64,000 nucleotides of DNA, taken from the NCBI RefSeq assembly GCF_023055435.1, contig NW_025963857.1, positions 29,016,001 through 29,080,000 on the forward strand, in the 5' to 3' direction. Shown here one piece after another: positions 26,501 through 40,174 of this stretch. Within the stretch, counting starts at the first letter, position 1; each line of letters begins with the position of its first letter. The notes below the pieces were generated by a model, which had not been told where the DNA came from, did not search any database, and saw only the letters and a program-made list of their open reading frames with translations. This DNA is from Haliotis rufescens. Lineage: Eukaryota. The translations under genes and the position numbers were made by a program.

Positions 26501-27401
26501 TTCTGATGAAAAGAAATAGTCCGACTTAGCTATGTCTTCAGTACGAGTTTATGAAAATATATTTCATGGTGCTAAGTATCTCCAATGATCTNNNNNNNNN
26601 NNNNNNNNNNNNNNNNNNNNNNNNNNNNNNNNNNNNNNNNNNNNNNNNNNNNNNNNNNNNNNNNNNNNNNNNNNNNNNNNNNNNNNNNNNNNNNNNNNNN
26701 NNNNNNNNNNNNNNNNNNNNNNNNNNNNNNNNNNNNNNNNNNNNNNNNNNNNNNNNNNNNNCACACGTACATACTCTCATACACACAAACGAACATACAT
26801 ACATACATACACAAACAGATACACACANNNNNNNNNNNNNNNNNNNNNNNNNNNNNNNNNNNNNNNNNNNNNNNNNNNNNNNNNNNNNNNNNNNNNNNNN
26901 NNNNNNNNNNNNNNNNNNNNNNNNNNNNNNNNNNNNNNNNNNNNNNNNNNNNNNNNNNNNNNNNNNNNNNNNNNNNNNNNNNNNNNNNNNNNNNNNNNNN
27001 NNNNNNNNNNNNNNNNNNNNNNNNNNNNNNNNNNNTCAGCTACTGGTCCTGTGTCCAGAACAATGGTATACTGATAAAGGGACCCTAATACTCATATACA
27101 AATTTGCGACGCTTGTATAAACACTGCCACCACTGCATACATCTGTTCACACTTGGATTCTAGAAACAAAGACGTACGATATATGGTTACGTCGTTTTGA
27201 AGAGACCTAACAGTACATTCAACATATGTTAACATGTTACACTTATTTCAACTCGAGGAATTTTCAAGCTACTTTCGTTATTGAACTTCAATTTACCTTG
27301 ATGTCCACTGTATTAAAATATATGAGTGGTTTTAACACGAGTCTGTGTGCATTGAATCCGAAAGCAACATATTCCAGTTACATTTTAACAGACATCTATC
27401 G

Positions 27402-27538
27402 TGTTATCTTCACAGATACCGCAACTTCGACGAGCACCCGCAGTAGACTGTTTTTCACTTCCTGGTTGTTGCCTCAGCTACACTGATGATCACGTGACAT
27501 GTTCAAGCCATCGGGGAGAATGTATGTGATCACGTTAC
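27402..27538 (-). promoter_or_regulatory. Cassette of copy B (donor mutated GT>AT)
   Basis: AAG|ATAACA at 27407, ETS 27456-27465, TCACGTGA 27490-27497, second box TCACGTTA. Confidence 0.6.
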
Positions 27539-30025
27539 ACGCGATTCTCGTACACTGTGACACAGTTTCTCAGATCTATTGTGGCAGTCGGCAGATGTAT
27601 CATGTTGTGAGAGTTTATCGTGACGAATGATTATTGGAATAATAAATACAATGCTCCCAATTCAACATCATATGTGAAGTACCGTGCGCCATGTTCAAAT
27701 ACTATAATATATAAAATACACAGTACACAGTACAGTAAATCATGAATCATTCAAATTATATTTGCAATGAATCATTTTATAAATATATTCGTTTTATGTT
27801 GAAATAAACAAAATAAACAAGCTGTTGTGTTGTTCTTAGCAGAGAAAATGTCAATTCTAACAACAAGAAAACTGTAGAAATTATACCTTCACATATTGCT
27901 CCAAGTCAGAAGACATTTGTCATTATGCACATGGGATCACAAATACAAACAAGGTGTTCGCAATGATCTGGTATAATAGAGGTAAGAACTCCAACCTGCC
28001 ACTCTGTCTGATCCTCTGTTTCAAGTGTATTAACCAATAAGCAGCAAAGGTAAACTTAGTCTTGTTCGCAGATAGTGCACTTTCCCGTGTTCTCCTCTTT
28101 TCTGAGAGCTTCTTGTCCAAACATGGGGGCATGCGCTTTTCTGGTCTCTTTCTCCACAAAGTCAAGTAGACTGTCAAAATTCACAGCTGTCTCCCTCTCC
28201 CCCAAGTTTTGCATAAGACCCTTGAACTTCTGATATTAACTGGGAGGGTAGTTTTCCAACTATTCTGTTAATATTCTCAGAGAAGTACTCTGACATAATG
28301 CACACTTTGTATAGCATTCCGACATTCACACAGGAAAATTGAGAAATCATCAAGTGCCAACTGACATTGAAACATATTTTTTCATGGTCACCTTTCGATT
28401 GCATAAATACTTCATTTGTGATTGGCCAGTCACAGTGTTTCTTTGGTTCGTCATCTTATATATGTAGTGGTTCCCGGGTTCGATTCCCCACATTGGTACA
28501 CTGTGTTTAGCCCATTTCTGTTGTCCCCAGCCGTGACATTGCTGGAATATTGCTAAAAACGCCGTAAAACCACGCTCACTCTTTGATAACAGAGATACAT
28601 TAAATGGAAGGGAACAATGAACTTTTCTTGAAAACCATTAAATTCCCCAATATATATACCGTTTTGTTAATTAAATCTGGCCAAGAATCGGCATTCAATA
28701 TATTGAATATCATTTAACAAACATGTCTTTCTAATTTAGATTACTATCACCCAGTGGGCGGGCAATTTTTGTGTTCTGTAACCATGCCAACGGTTTCTAC
28801 CTAATATTACGCCTTACCTTGACATTATGTAAACGGATGCAAATTACAAATGCATAACTGTTCAATATAATGAAGATGCATTGTTACACGAAATCAGTTT
28901 TATCGTGACCATATGTATATTGGCCAGAGAGGTTATACCATTTTCTGTTACAATCTGCCAACAAGTATATAATGTACATACCCACATGATACCAAAAGAA
29001 TCAAAGCTAATTATTTGTTTCCAGAATGACAAGGAACAAATATATTCAGTGATCAAGGTAAACGTCCATTATACTCCTTCAGCACATAGTTTCTCCCCAC
29101 ACAATATACCTGTGTAGGTATCCGGCATGAATGAAGACGCTACACCTTAAGCAGCGACGTCTGTTACAGATCAAAGTAGTGTGTAGAAATAGACATAGCG
29201 TTTAGGCATCATTTGTAAACACTGCATTAACCCTCTGTAAATGAAAGCGACAAAACCAATTCATAATCGTAATGATCAGTCCACTGTTCGGAAACACTTT
29301 CGAACGCCTCCATGGTCTAGTGGTAGAGTGTCCGCCCGGAGAGAGGTAGGGATACGACCTCCGGATGTGTCATACTAAAAGACGTCAAAAGATGGTACTA
29401 CTTGTTGCCCTGCCTGGCGCTCTGCATTGAGAGGCTACAATTAGGACTGGTTGGCTCGGAGTCGGTATACTGTGTGAGACAGAGAGAGAGATGGAGAGAG
29501 GGGGCAGGGGAGAGAGAGTTGCATGCACGTGCAATAATCTTGAACTCGACGTTGAACCCCATTTCACCTGACCGCAACTCATAAACACTTTCACACTGAA
29601 TGACACCGACACCGACATATCAGCTGTTAATGCACGGACGTTGAATTAATACTGACCAGACAAACACAGTGCCGTTATGGTTACATCATGAATGTGTATG
29701 CGTAAAATTTGCTTAGAAAGAAGGAAGACAGCTTGGAATTATAGAACAAAGAAACTACGCTGTTATATGGAATAATCATTTTTAAACTCAACCATATTTC
29801 TCAAGTCAACACCAACACATTTACTAGTTCTTCCATAGTTACGTCCCTTATACAGGCCACATCCCTAATCCCGGTTCGCCCTGATATCTTGTCTTGGTTT
29901 GTCAGCACGATATCTGTGCTCCAGTCTCATTTCGTGATTTCCTCACTGTGGCATTGCATCTCAGTGAGCTAGGACTATAAATCGGCATAAGTCCGGACTA
30001 GTACAAGAAAACACACACACCCACA

Positions 30026-30073
<48 letters not shown>

Positions 30074-31909
30074 AACACACACACACGTGCATGCGCGTCG
30101 CTATATTAACCTCGTGCTTTCCTCCCACATCAAGCTGACTCACCATGATATAACTGACATAATGTTCAAAGAGGCGTTAAAATCAATTCACTCACTAACT
30201 CTGTTGCTCAACAGAACACTACTGATGACAGATAATGGATTCATTTGAAGATGCTTATTGCATTTTTTATTGAATTGATTTTCATATTTCGTCCAATGAC
30301 CACCACAAACGACGTCTTCCTGTTTTCAGTGGTAACTAGTAACCACACGGGAATAGATCAAGTGTTACATGAGTAAACTAAACACACGAAAAGGACAAAT
30401 ACGTGGATGTTGTTAATCAAATGCAGAAATATATCTTTCTGAGTCCACCTAAATAAACACAGGCGTCGCAATAAATTGATAAACTTATATCTCAGACATT
30501 TTAAATAACAAGGAAAGACAGGATTGAAAAAATTCATTTTAATCATTTTAAAATACTTATAAATGGTTTGTTTATTTACAAGTAGTCCCATCATACTCAT
30601 ATGTCTCTAAATTGATTGATTAATTGTCATTAATACCGAAAGTTACAAATGCAAACAACATAGTTCATGTATTATAAGTCATGGCCATGCCATTCGAAAT
30701 TCATGTAAATGTTGATAAATTTCTATTTTAACTTTTAGCACTGGCATTAAAGGAAGCTTCTTACAACTTATAGTGGGTGCGATACATGCAGAAGCCATCT
30801 GAACTGAGGAGCAATAGAAACCTAGTATATAATTCTACATGTTTTTTTGGTGTTAAATATAATTTGATTTAAAACTTTTAAAATGAAATAAAAAAAATAA
30901 AAATGAAATCGCATAATACACAAGAGGTAATGAGTATCTCGGACATCTCATCTTTGAAAAACAACAAATTTGTTTACAACATTTCAAACATGGGGCCAGG
31001 TGGTTGCAAATTCATTTCTTAGAGAACTCTTCACTGAATTTATTTACACACATTGACCCAGACACAGATGACGTTTCACATACTTTTGCAGGAATGAGTG
31101 ATGGTTAAATAGAAATGATCAAAATTAACAACAGTTCTTTACATGTTCAATTACAAAAAAAAACGATCGGTTTACCTTCTTTTGTCCCTCTGATTATTAT
31201 TCATCCCAGCTAAGCGTACACCAAAGTATACAGCGTTGACGCTTTTTACTCTCAATTCTTCAAAATAACATATCATTAAAACCATTTCATCACTTTCAAG
31301 TGTGATTTTGTCTTCCAAATGCGAACCTCTGGACAGATTGAATAACTATCGCAGGCAATATGGCAACTTACATGCACGTATGTGTGTGTCTGCTTGTACT
31401 AGTCCGGACTGATGCCGATTTATAGTGATAGCTCACTGAGATACCATTCCGCAGTTAAACATGAATACTCCACTCAGACACAGTATACTGACTCAGAGCC
31501 GATCAGTCCTTGTTGTATATTTCGCCCCTTAATGTCGAGCGCCAGACAGGGTAACAAGAAGTACTATCTTATGACGTCCTTTGGTATAACGCGGCCGGGG
31601 ATCAAATCCCGGACCTTCCGCTCTCCGGGCGGTCATTCTACCACTAGACCACGGATGCGGTCCTATCACAGGAGTCATATGTGGGAATCGGGTGAAGCGA
31701 TGTTGAAACAATCAGATGCAAGTGTACCTGTCCACCACTCCCTGTGTGTTCTCAACCCATCTAAAAACACACGTCAAACACAACAGTCGTTGTCCCCAAA
31801 AGTATGTCACTCCCATGTCCGGTTCATTCAGCACAGTTTTACAAGCAGTTTGGCGATTTGCAATCAGTTAGGTCTTGTATACAGCGTATGTGTGGCTCAC
31901 AGCTAGCTA

Positions 31910-34094
31910 CTACGTGACAGAGTAATGTCTATCTATTTCAGTCAATCCTTCGCAAAAGGTGAATACTTTCACATCATTATAGTTGGTAACGTAAAGCAAG
32001 CCATCATCATCCAGACAGATACCACGAGGACACTCAAGGCCATCATGTTGTGTGAGAACATCTCTGACAAACTGCCCCGACTCTGTCAACTGAATCACCC
32101 TGTGGGAGTAACTGTCTACAAGCAGGATGTCTCCTGTGCTGGTTGTTGTGACACCCCGAGGATATTTCAGAGCTTTTTCTCCTGTAGGGGTGTAGGTGAA
32201 AACAACTTCGCCATCGCAGGTCGCAGATACCAGGGATTTTACTGCAGCATTACTGAATATCAAGTTGTTATTTCTCGTGACATGAATATAGGATGGGTTC
32301 TTTATCACACCTGTGTTGATAGATTTAAGTACATTTCCTTTCATATCCAGCACATCAACAGAGGCACGACTGTCCTTACCACCTGCTACCAGTTGTGAAG
32401 AGTTCAGACAGGCTAAACCATTATACTGCCTCTTTGTCTTCACAGTTGAGAGTAATGTAGGCTCAGGGTCAAAGTTGATGAAAGCTATTTGTTGTGTGTC
32501 TGGCAGAGTAACAGCTACCCGAGCTCCACCCACCTTAGCTACTTGACTTGGACCAGTGGGAAGATCGAGACATTTCTGGATGTGTCTTTTGTTTGAAGTA
32601 TAACATGCATGAAGTCTACTATTAAAACTATCTATCACAACCATTACCTTGATACCATCAACAACTAATACTGCAACATCAAATAAACTACCGAGAAAGG
32701 CCAAGATGTCTCCCTGTCTGCGACAGTCTATTGTTTGCAGGAGAACAGGAGAAGACGTCCGGTCACTCACATCCTGAACAACCTTGACCTCCCCCAGCTG
32801 CACCTCATCCACATATCTCCTCAGTTTATCTGTGTCATGTGTGAAGACGATGGTGGATGGTATTGGTCTCTTGTCCTCACTTGTGTCCTCATCTCTGGAT
32901 GCTACAGACACAGTCTCATATATATCATACATGTCTCCTACACAGTTTGACGTCACGGCTTTGTCTATGAACTCATACCGCTGCTGATGCATCTGGAGGT
33001 CAATCTCCTGGGACTTTCTGTGGGCTTTCCATTCTTCAATACGTATCTTAGTGAGTTGGTCGATACGCTCCAGCAGTTTCTTTTCTTTTTTCAGAAGAAC
33101 GTCTACAGCTGCCATGCATACTTTCTGAACTTGGTCTTTCATCTCCTGTGCATTCGTCGATAGCTTTTCAATTTTCGAATTTGTTGAAGAAATATTATCA
33201 GTGTAAATTTTTTTTTTTTTCTCTTGGTTTCTAGTTTCAGTTATCAGACTTTCTTTTACAAGAGGCGTCATCGTATCTATGGTTTCAACATCATCACACT
33301 TCCTGTGTTTGATACTGCAGCATACAGTACAAATTGCCATCCTGCAATCTTTACAAAACAATTTTATCTTCTCATCCTTGTGAATTCTGCACATAAAGCG
33401 TTGTGCCTTTGGTTTCTCGTTACTATGGATACGTAAGTCAATCACTTCATGGTCACGTAACCGTGGCATCTTCTTGTGTAACTGGAGACACCCATCACAG
33501 AAGACATCGTCACAAATGGTGCACCACATTGTACCTGGAGTTGTCTCCCCATCTTCTTTGCACACGCTACAAGTATCTAAACATAAAGCACAGCGTGTTA
33601 CAAAAACTACAATTTCTAGAACACACAACCACATACCACAACTTTTAATACATACTGTATGTTTACGAGCCATAGTTGTTAGGTGTATAAATGTCAATAT
33701 AAACCAGCTCACTTCAAACTCAATCCTTCTCACTTTAATAAATATAAAAACTGCATTTCCAATACCTTTGTGTGCAAGACATGAAAACGTTTCAAATTTC
33801 CCTACCTGACGATTCCCCCAAATCGTCCATCAGCCCCTGTATCACGTGACTTGGTTTCAGTTGACTGCCCCACTTCTCTACTGGACTGTCAGGGTTGGTC
33901 ACCCTCGTCAGCTGTCTACAGGAGGGACATGGGATGGTCTTGTCTTGTATAGCTTCAGGCTGTGTTTTGGTGTATTTCAGCAGACACGACTTACAGAAAG
34001 TGTGATTGCACTGAAGTGTGGCAGGGTCTGTGAACACCTCTGTACAGATGACACAGGTCAGATGGTTGTCCGTCAATTTCTTTGCGGTGGCCAT
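31910..34094 (-). CDS. TRIM E3 ligase copy C; join(34094..33806,33576..31910), 651 aa
   Basis: 289-nt RING exon, 229-bp GT-AG phase-1 intron, uninterrupted exon 2 with B-boxes, coiled coil and NHL-like repeats; close paralog of A. Confidence 0.93.
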
Positions 34095-34899
34095 TTCTGA
34101 TGGAAAGAAATAGTCGGAATTAGCTTTAGAGTTTATGAAAATATATTTCATGGTGCTAAGGATCTCCAATGATCTNNNNNNNNNNNNNNNNNNNNNNNNN
34201 NNNNNNNNNNNNNNNNNNNNNNNNNNNNNNNNNNNNNNNNNNNNNNNNNNNNNNNNNNNNNNNNNNNNNNNNNNNNNNNNNNNNNNNNNNNNNNNNNNNN
34301 NNNNNNNNNNNNNNNNNNNNNNNNNNNNNNNNNNNNNNNNNNNNNNNNNNNNNNNNNNNNNNNNNNNNNNNNNNNNNNNNNNNNNNNNNNNNNNNNNNNN
34401 NNNNNNNNNNNNNNNNNNNNNNNNNNNNNNNNNNNNNNNNNNNNNNNNNNNNNNNNNNNNNNNNNNNNNNNNNNNNNNNNNNNNNNNNNNNNNNNNNNNN
34501 NNNNNNNNNNNNNNNNNNNCATGTTCAGCTACGGGTTCTGAGTCCAGTACAATGGTATACTGATAAAGGGGCATAACTCTAATATTCATATACAAATTTG
34601 CTACGCTAGTATAAACAGTCACCACTGCATAACTGTGTTCACACTAAGATTCTAGAAACAAACACGTGCGACATATGGTTACGTCGTTTTGAAGCGACCT
34701 AGCAGTACATTCATTATCTGTTAACATATTTCAACCTGCAAGTCAGGACTCGAGGAATGTTCAAGCTACTTTCGTTATTGAACTTCAATTTACCTTGATG
34801 TCGACTATATTTCAAATATATGGGTGGTTTTAACACGAGTCTGTGTGCAATGAATCCGAAAACAACATATTCCAGTTGTATTTCAACAGACATCTATTG

Positions 34900-35038
34900 T
34901 GTTACCTTTACAGATACCGCAACCTGGACGAGCACCCGCAGTAGACTGTTTTTCACTTCCTGGTCGTTGCCTCAGCTTGCACTGATGATCACGTGACATG
35001 TTCAAGCCATCGGGGAGAATGTATGTGATCACGTGACA
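34900..35038 (-). promoter_or_regulatory. Proximal cassette of copy C (fully intact)
   Basis: Donor AAG|GTAACA (34905), ETS 34954-34963, TCACGTGA at 34989-34996 and 35029-35036. Confidence 0.7.
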
Positions 35039-35992
35039 CGCGAATCTCGTACACAGTGACACAGTTTCTCAGATCTATTGTGAGCAGTCAGCAGATATAT
35101 CATGTTGTGAGAGTTTATTGTGACGAAACACTATTGGAATAACAAATACAATGCTCCCAACACAACGTCATATGTGAAGTACTGTGCGCCGTGTTCAAAT
35201 ACTATAATATATGAAATACACAGAACACAGTACAGTAAATCATGAATCATTCAAATTATATTTGAAATGAATCATTTTATAAATATATTCGTTTTCTGTT
35301 GAAATAAACAGAATAAATAAGCTGTTGTGTTGTTCTTAGCAGAGAAAATGTCAATTCTAACAACAAGAAAACTGTAGAAATTATATCTTGCCATCATGCC
35401 CCAAGTCAGAAGACATTTGTCATTATGCACATGAGATCAAAGTTCGGTTCAGAGTCTATGTTACAGTTGTAAGAGGCATACGTGTTAAAGATTGACTGCA
35501 GTAAAAAAGAAAGTTAGTGAATATAGAGCACGGTATAAGGATATTTTACAATGTAATCACAATATTAATATATTAAACTTCAACAATAAAGAATTTTGAC
35601 AAAGCCTTCATTGTTTTAATACAACCGAGGTAAAAAATGTTAGTCAACTCACATAACTAAGATTTCGATTAAATAACCTTTAATTGTTAAGTAAATAAGT
35701 TTGAAAAGCCCTCACAAAGAACGTGTTGCGACATCTGCTGTTAGACCTCGAGTTTTGAATGCAGCAAACAGCTGAGAAAGCTATGTATAAATACAGACTA
35801 AGTACTAAAATACAGATTGAATAACGTGACTGAATATTGCAGAAAGTGCTGATGATAAGTTAATTATTATATACACATAATACTCCTCAGCAAATAACAT
35901 AACTCATATCGTGTGTAGACCATCTGCTCCTTCAAATCAACCACCCACATGGCAGATAGACAGGCGACATACTTCATAATCAAACCGTACCA

Positions 35993-36064
35993 CATCTTCC
36001 CGAGGCAAGGGGTTAACTGACTATTGCTTTTACAGTCAGTTAATTCCCTTGCCTCGGGAAGATG
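35993..36064. repeat. Near-perfect ~30-bp-arm hairpin
   Basis: CATCTTCCCGAGGCAAGGGGTTAACTGACT ... AGTCAGTTAATTCCCTTGCCTCGGGAAGATG. Confidence 0.9.
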
Positions 36065-36424
36065 ACCCTACCACAGCCCAGCAGCACTGTGTAACCACTA
36101 TGAATGCAACGCGCTAAAAACTTGATAACTTGCACCGATGTTAATCTATCAATTCTCGGACAAACCTACAAGTAAAAATAAATACCCAAATAAAAAAATC
36201 ATTTGGCCGTAACACTTTAGATAGGACTTGTGTCCATACATCAGGAATTTAAACATGTGTCAAATTAAAAAATAATTTACAAACAAACCCTGATCTTTAT
36301 TTCATATTTAGGAACATAGACGTTTTATATTATCAAACCGACAATGAAGGCCCAGATTATGAAACTTTGAATTATTAAGACTGTCCAGTGCGCTGGAGCT
36401 GGAATATTGCGGCATTAAACAACT

Positions 36425-36662
36425 AACACATACAGACACACAACACATACGCACAAACGCACAAACGCACACACACAACATACACACGCACATACATACA
36501 CACTCTCACACACGCACGCACAAAACTCACTCGAACGCACGCACATACACATACACACTCACACAGACACATAGACACACAAACACACATCCACACACAG
36601 AGACGCACACGCACGCACGCGCACGCACACACACACACACACCACACCCGCGCGCGCGCGCG
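36425..36662 (+). repeat. Compound (CA)/(CACG)/(CG) microsatellite
   Basis: Direct observation. Confidence 0.9.
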
Positions 36663-36699
36663 TTTACCTGAAAATTACCTAATATAGTGACCATTAACA

Positions 36700-36804
36700 A
36701 TTTGAAAAACGACTCACGACAGACGATGCACGACAGACGACTGACGTTTAGGGAAAGAGCAATGACATAAGCTCACTTGATTTATAGTTAGGAGGTTAGC
36801 TAAA
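36700..36804 (+). mobile_element. 3' end of a Helentron/HINE ('pearl')-like element
   Basis: (GAC/GACA)n tract followed by agctcac..tagctaaa hairpin-like end. Confidence 0.45.
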
Positions 36805-36932
36805 CTTGCCGCTCAAAACATATTTACCAAGTTGTTGTCTTGGCCTATTTCTGATGGAAATGAATGATATGATTAAGTCATGTTTTCAACACGATTTTGT
36901 CAAGTTAGTTGATGGGGCATGGTATGCGGAAA

Positions 36933-37495
36933 CTTCCCATGATGTATTCTCTATTTCCCATGATGTATTCTCTATTTCCCATGATGTAATCTCTATGTTC
37001 ATGATGTATTCTCTATTTCCCATGACGTATCCTCTAGTTCCATGATATAATCTCTATTTCCATGATGTATTCTCTATTTCCCATGATGTATTCTCTATTT
37101 CCCATGATGTATTCTCTATTTCCCATGATGTATTCTCTATGTTCATGATGTATTCTGTATTTCCCATGACTTATTCTCTAGTTTGCTGATATAATCTCTA
37201 TTTCCATGATGTATTCTCTATTTCCCATGATGTATTCTCTATTTCCTATGATGTATTCTCTATTTCCCATGATGTATTCTCTATTTCCCATGACATATTC
37301 TCTATTTACATAATATACATTCTCTATTTCCCATGAAATATTCTCTATTTCCCACGATGTATTCTCTATTTCCCATGGCGTATTCCCTATTTCCAATAAT
37401 TTAACTCTATTTCCCATGGCGTATTCCCTATTTCCAATAATTTAACTCTATTTCTCATGCTCTAGGTTCTATTTTCCCTGATGTATTCTCTATCA
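36933..37495. repeat. 21-bp minisatellite (TTCCCATGATGTATTCTCTAT)n, roughly 26 units
   Basis: Directly visible tandem array. Confidence 0.95.
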
Positions 37496-38880
37496 TGTGA
37501 TACTCATGAAACCCCATGACATAAGTTGTAAGTTTTATGCTTGCTGTGATCATGCTAAAAAAATCAATACATCATGTTGTCAACAATTACATTACCATTT
37601 TAGTCAACTATATTCAAGTGGGTTTTTCAAGGCAAATTATAAGACGACTTGAACCCGGATCGGGTGGTTCAGCATGTGAACATGCATTAGTGTATCTCTG
37701 TATCTGCAAGCCAAGACATATTTTGCATATAAATATACATAATATGTCTGTAAATTGTCGACATGAAAGTAGTTTGCACTTAATAAGCNNNNNNNNNNNN
37801 NNNNNNNNNNNNNNNNNNNNNNNNNNNNNNNNNNNNNNNNNNNNNNNNNNNNNNNNNNNNNNNNNNNNNNNNNNNNNNNNNNNNNNNNNNNNNNNNNNNN
37901 NNNNNNNNNNNNNNNNNNNNNNNNNNNNNNNNNNNNNNNNNNNNNNNNNNNNNNNNNNNNNNNNNNNNNNNNNNNNNNNNNNNNNNNNNNNNNNNNNNNN
38001 NNNNNNNNNNNNNNNNNNNNNNNNNNNNNNNNNNNNNNNNNNNNNNNNNNNNNNNNNNNNNNNNNAATACCCACTGTTTTAATCTTGTCTCTTGTCGAAC
38101 ACAATATGTCAGTTACAATATATAGGTGTAATTGATTGTGTGCAATATATCATTTCTCTTGCTGTCATTGGTACAACATTATTGTGTAGCTGAATTGCTG
38201 GATATAATATATCATCATTGTTTGTCATTGCAAATGAACGATAGCACCTGATTACATTTTCATAAAACATTTTCAGTCATGCTTACACATAGAGCATTTT
38301 GCATTTAAATACATATACGAGTTGTGACGCACTAATAAAGGGACATAACTCTAATATTCATATGCCAAGTCCGTGACCCGAGTAATAACACGACATGAAC
38401 CATCACTGAATAACTCGTGGTTTTTAGGTATCACAATAATGCCACATAAACAACAATGTGATAAAGTTGTTTTCAACATACCTAATAAACTGTTTGGCAA
38501 AAGAAAATATGCACATGAAAATTGGATTTTGCCCCAAATTTACAAACATTATCAAAACGTTTATATGCTGAAAACAGGTGACGAAACACTGCAAACGTAA
38601 GGTCCAATATACAAATGCGATACCTGTGTCAAATACATCACCATCGCATAACCATTTCTTGTTTTTTCCATTTTAGCCGCCAGAATTCGTGTTTACTTGC
38701 CCTGCAGTTTAGAACATTTCAGATGGCACACTTACTTCAACTTTCAAGTCACGGCTTATGACGTGCAACTTGCCTTGATGTCGACTGTTTTCTAATCTGG
38801 AGGTTTTGACACGATTCATTGTTGGTTAGATTGAATGAGAAAACAAAAGATTTAAGATATATTTCAACAGTGATCTCGTG

Positions 38881-39017
38881 TTTTACCTTTTCAGATACTG
38901 CAACATGGACGAGCACCCGGGGTAGAGAGGGATTCACTTCCTGGTTGAGTCCACCCAACACTGATGATCTAGGATACGAAGTTGCTATGAGGGAAGGAGG
39001 TACGTGATCACGTGACA
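38881..39017 (-). promoter_or_regulatory. Second cassette upstream of copy C
   Basis: Donor AAG|GTAAAA (38886), ETS 38935-38944, TCACGTGA 39008-39015. Confidence 0.6.
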
Positions 39018-39192
39018 CTCTGTAGCCGAGGTTATCAGTTGTGACCTGTCAATAGTGTTGTCACCCTGCGATAGAGTAGTTATATTGCAATTACACAGAG
39101 AAGATTTGCGGCCAACCTGTTATTGAAACCTATGTCAAATCTAAAACAATTTACAAATAAATCCAATCTTTAATGAACGTCGTGGCGTCAGG

Positions 39193-39348
39193 AGTGAGTG
39201 AGTATGGTTTTACGCCGTTGTAAGCAATATTCCAGTAATATCACGGCGGGGGACACCAGAAATGGGCTTCACACCCATGTCGGGAATCGAACCCGAGTCT
39301 TCAGCGTAATAAGCGAACGCTTTAACCACTAGGCTACCCGACCGCCCC
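39193..39348 (-). mobile_element. SINE family 1
   Basis: TSD cgtggcgt[c/a]agga; empty site at paralogous ~840. Confidence 0.85.
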
Positions 39349-40174
39349 CGTGGCGTAAGGAACAACTACGCGATCGTTAATGCACAAAGTGCTTAAACCT
39401 TGAGTTAACTGTAAGTGACTTTAAACTCATTATCTACAATCAGCTTTTAAGTGGTATCTAAGCGACAGGAGAAATAAGAGAAACTGCAAAAGCTGACATA
39501 AATGATGTGCTGTGAACATAGGTATAAATTAAAGCAATGATATAAAAAAAATAGATACTTAAGTAGTTGACGTTAGAGATTGATATATCCGTGTCATGTC
39601 TGGTGCTAGACTAACATCTAGTCTCTGAAATGAACATATTTTACAGAAAAAACACTTGTTAAATTATAGCTATGAAATATAATAAAAAGGAGCCCCAGAG
39701 ACTTTCTTCATTATCCTGATACTGCAGTGATCTAGACTTGCCATACATTATAATGTTGCATGAGCTGTATATATTTGTTTCAGGGTCTGTATGACAGACT
39801 AGTCTGGTGCAAGTGAAGCTGGACACTGTAAACAGTCAACAGTCGACGACTGCTATGATATATATCACCTGTTGTAATTTCAAAACAGACAGACATACAG
39901 TTTTATTCAATATAATGGGCCATTGACCAAAAGTACAATTGATACTACAACAGGATAGTTTCCAACGTGAATATACAGACGGTATCACAAACATATGAGA
40001 GAAACAAAATTATAGTTACATTGTATTTCAAAGACCTGATAGTACATTTCACATGATACACTTCTTTAATACAAATTCAAGTCAGGACTTGTGATATTGA
40101 ATTTTCAAGCTTCTTTCCTTTACTTTGATGCCGACTATATCTAAAATCTATGAACTTTTGTTTATGATCTAATG

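Noticed and set aside
33577-33733. Hydrophobic N-terminal extension of the 607-aa ORF (signal/TM-like)
   Set aside because: It is intron sequence; conserved GT-AG splicing joins the RING exon in frame in all four copies
9409-33809. Recurrent plus-strand ORFs antisense to the TRIM exons
   Set aside because: They recur only because the TRIM genes are duplicated; no domain signal and inconsistent lengths
33792-34625. 277-aa ORF extending the RING exon upstream
   Set aside because: Runs through an N-block in intron 1; the true start is the ATG at 34094 after a conserved acceptor
36933-37495. Possible CRISPR-like array
   Set aside because: Head-to-tail 21-mers with no unique spacers, no cas genes, eukaryotic context
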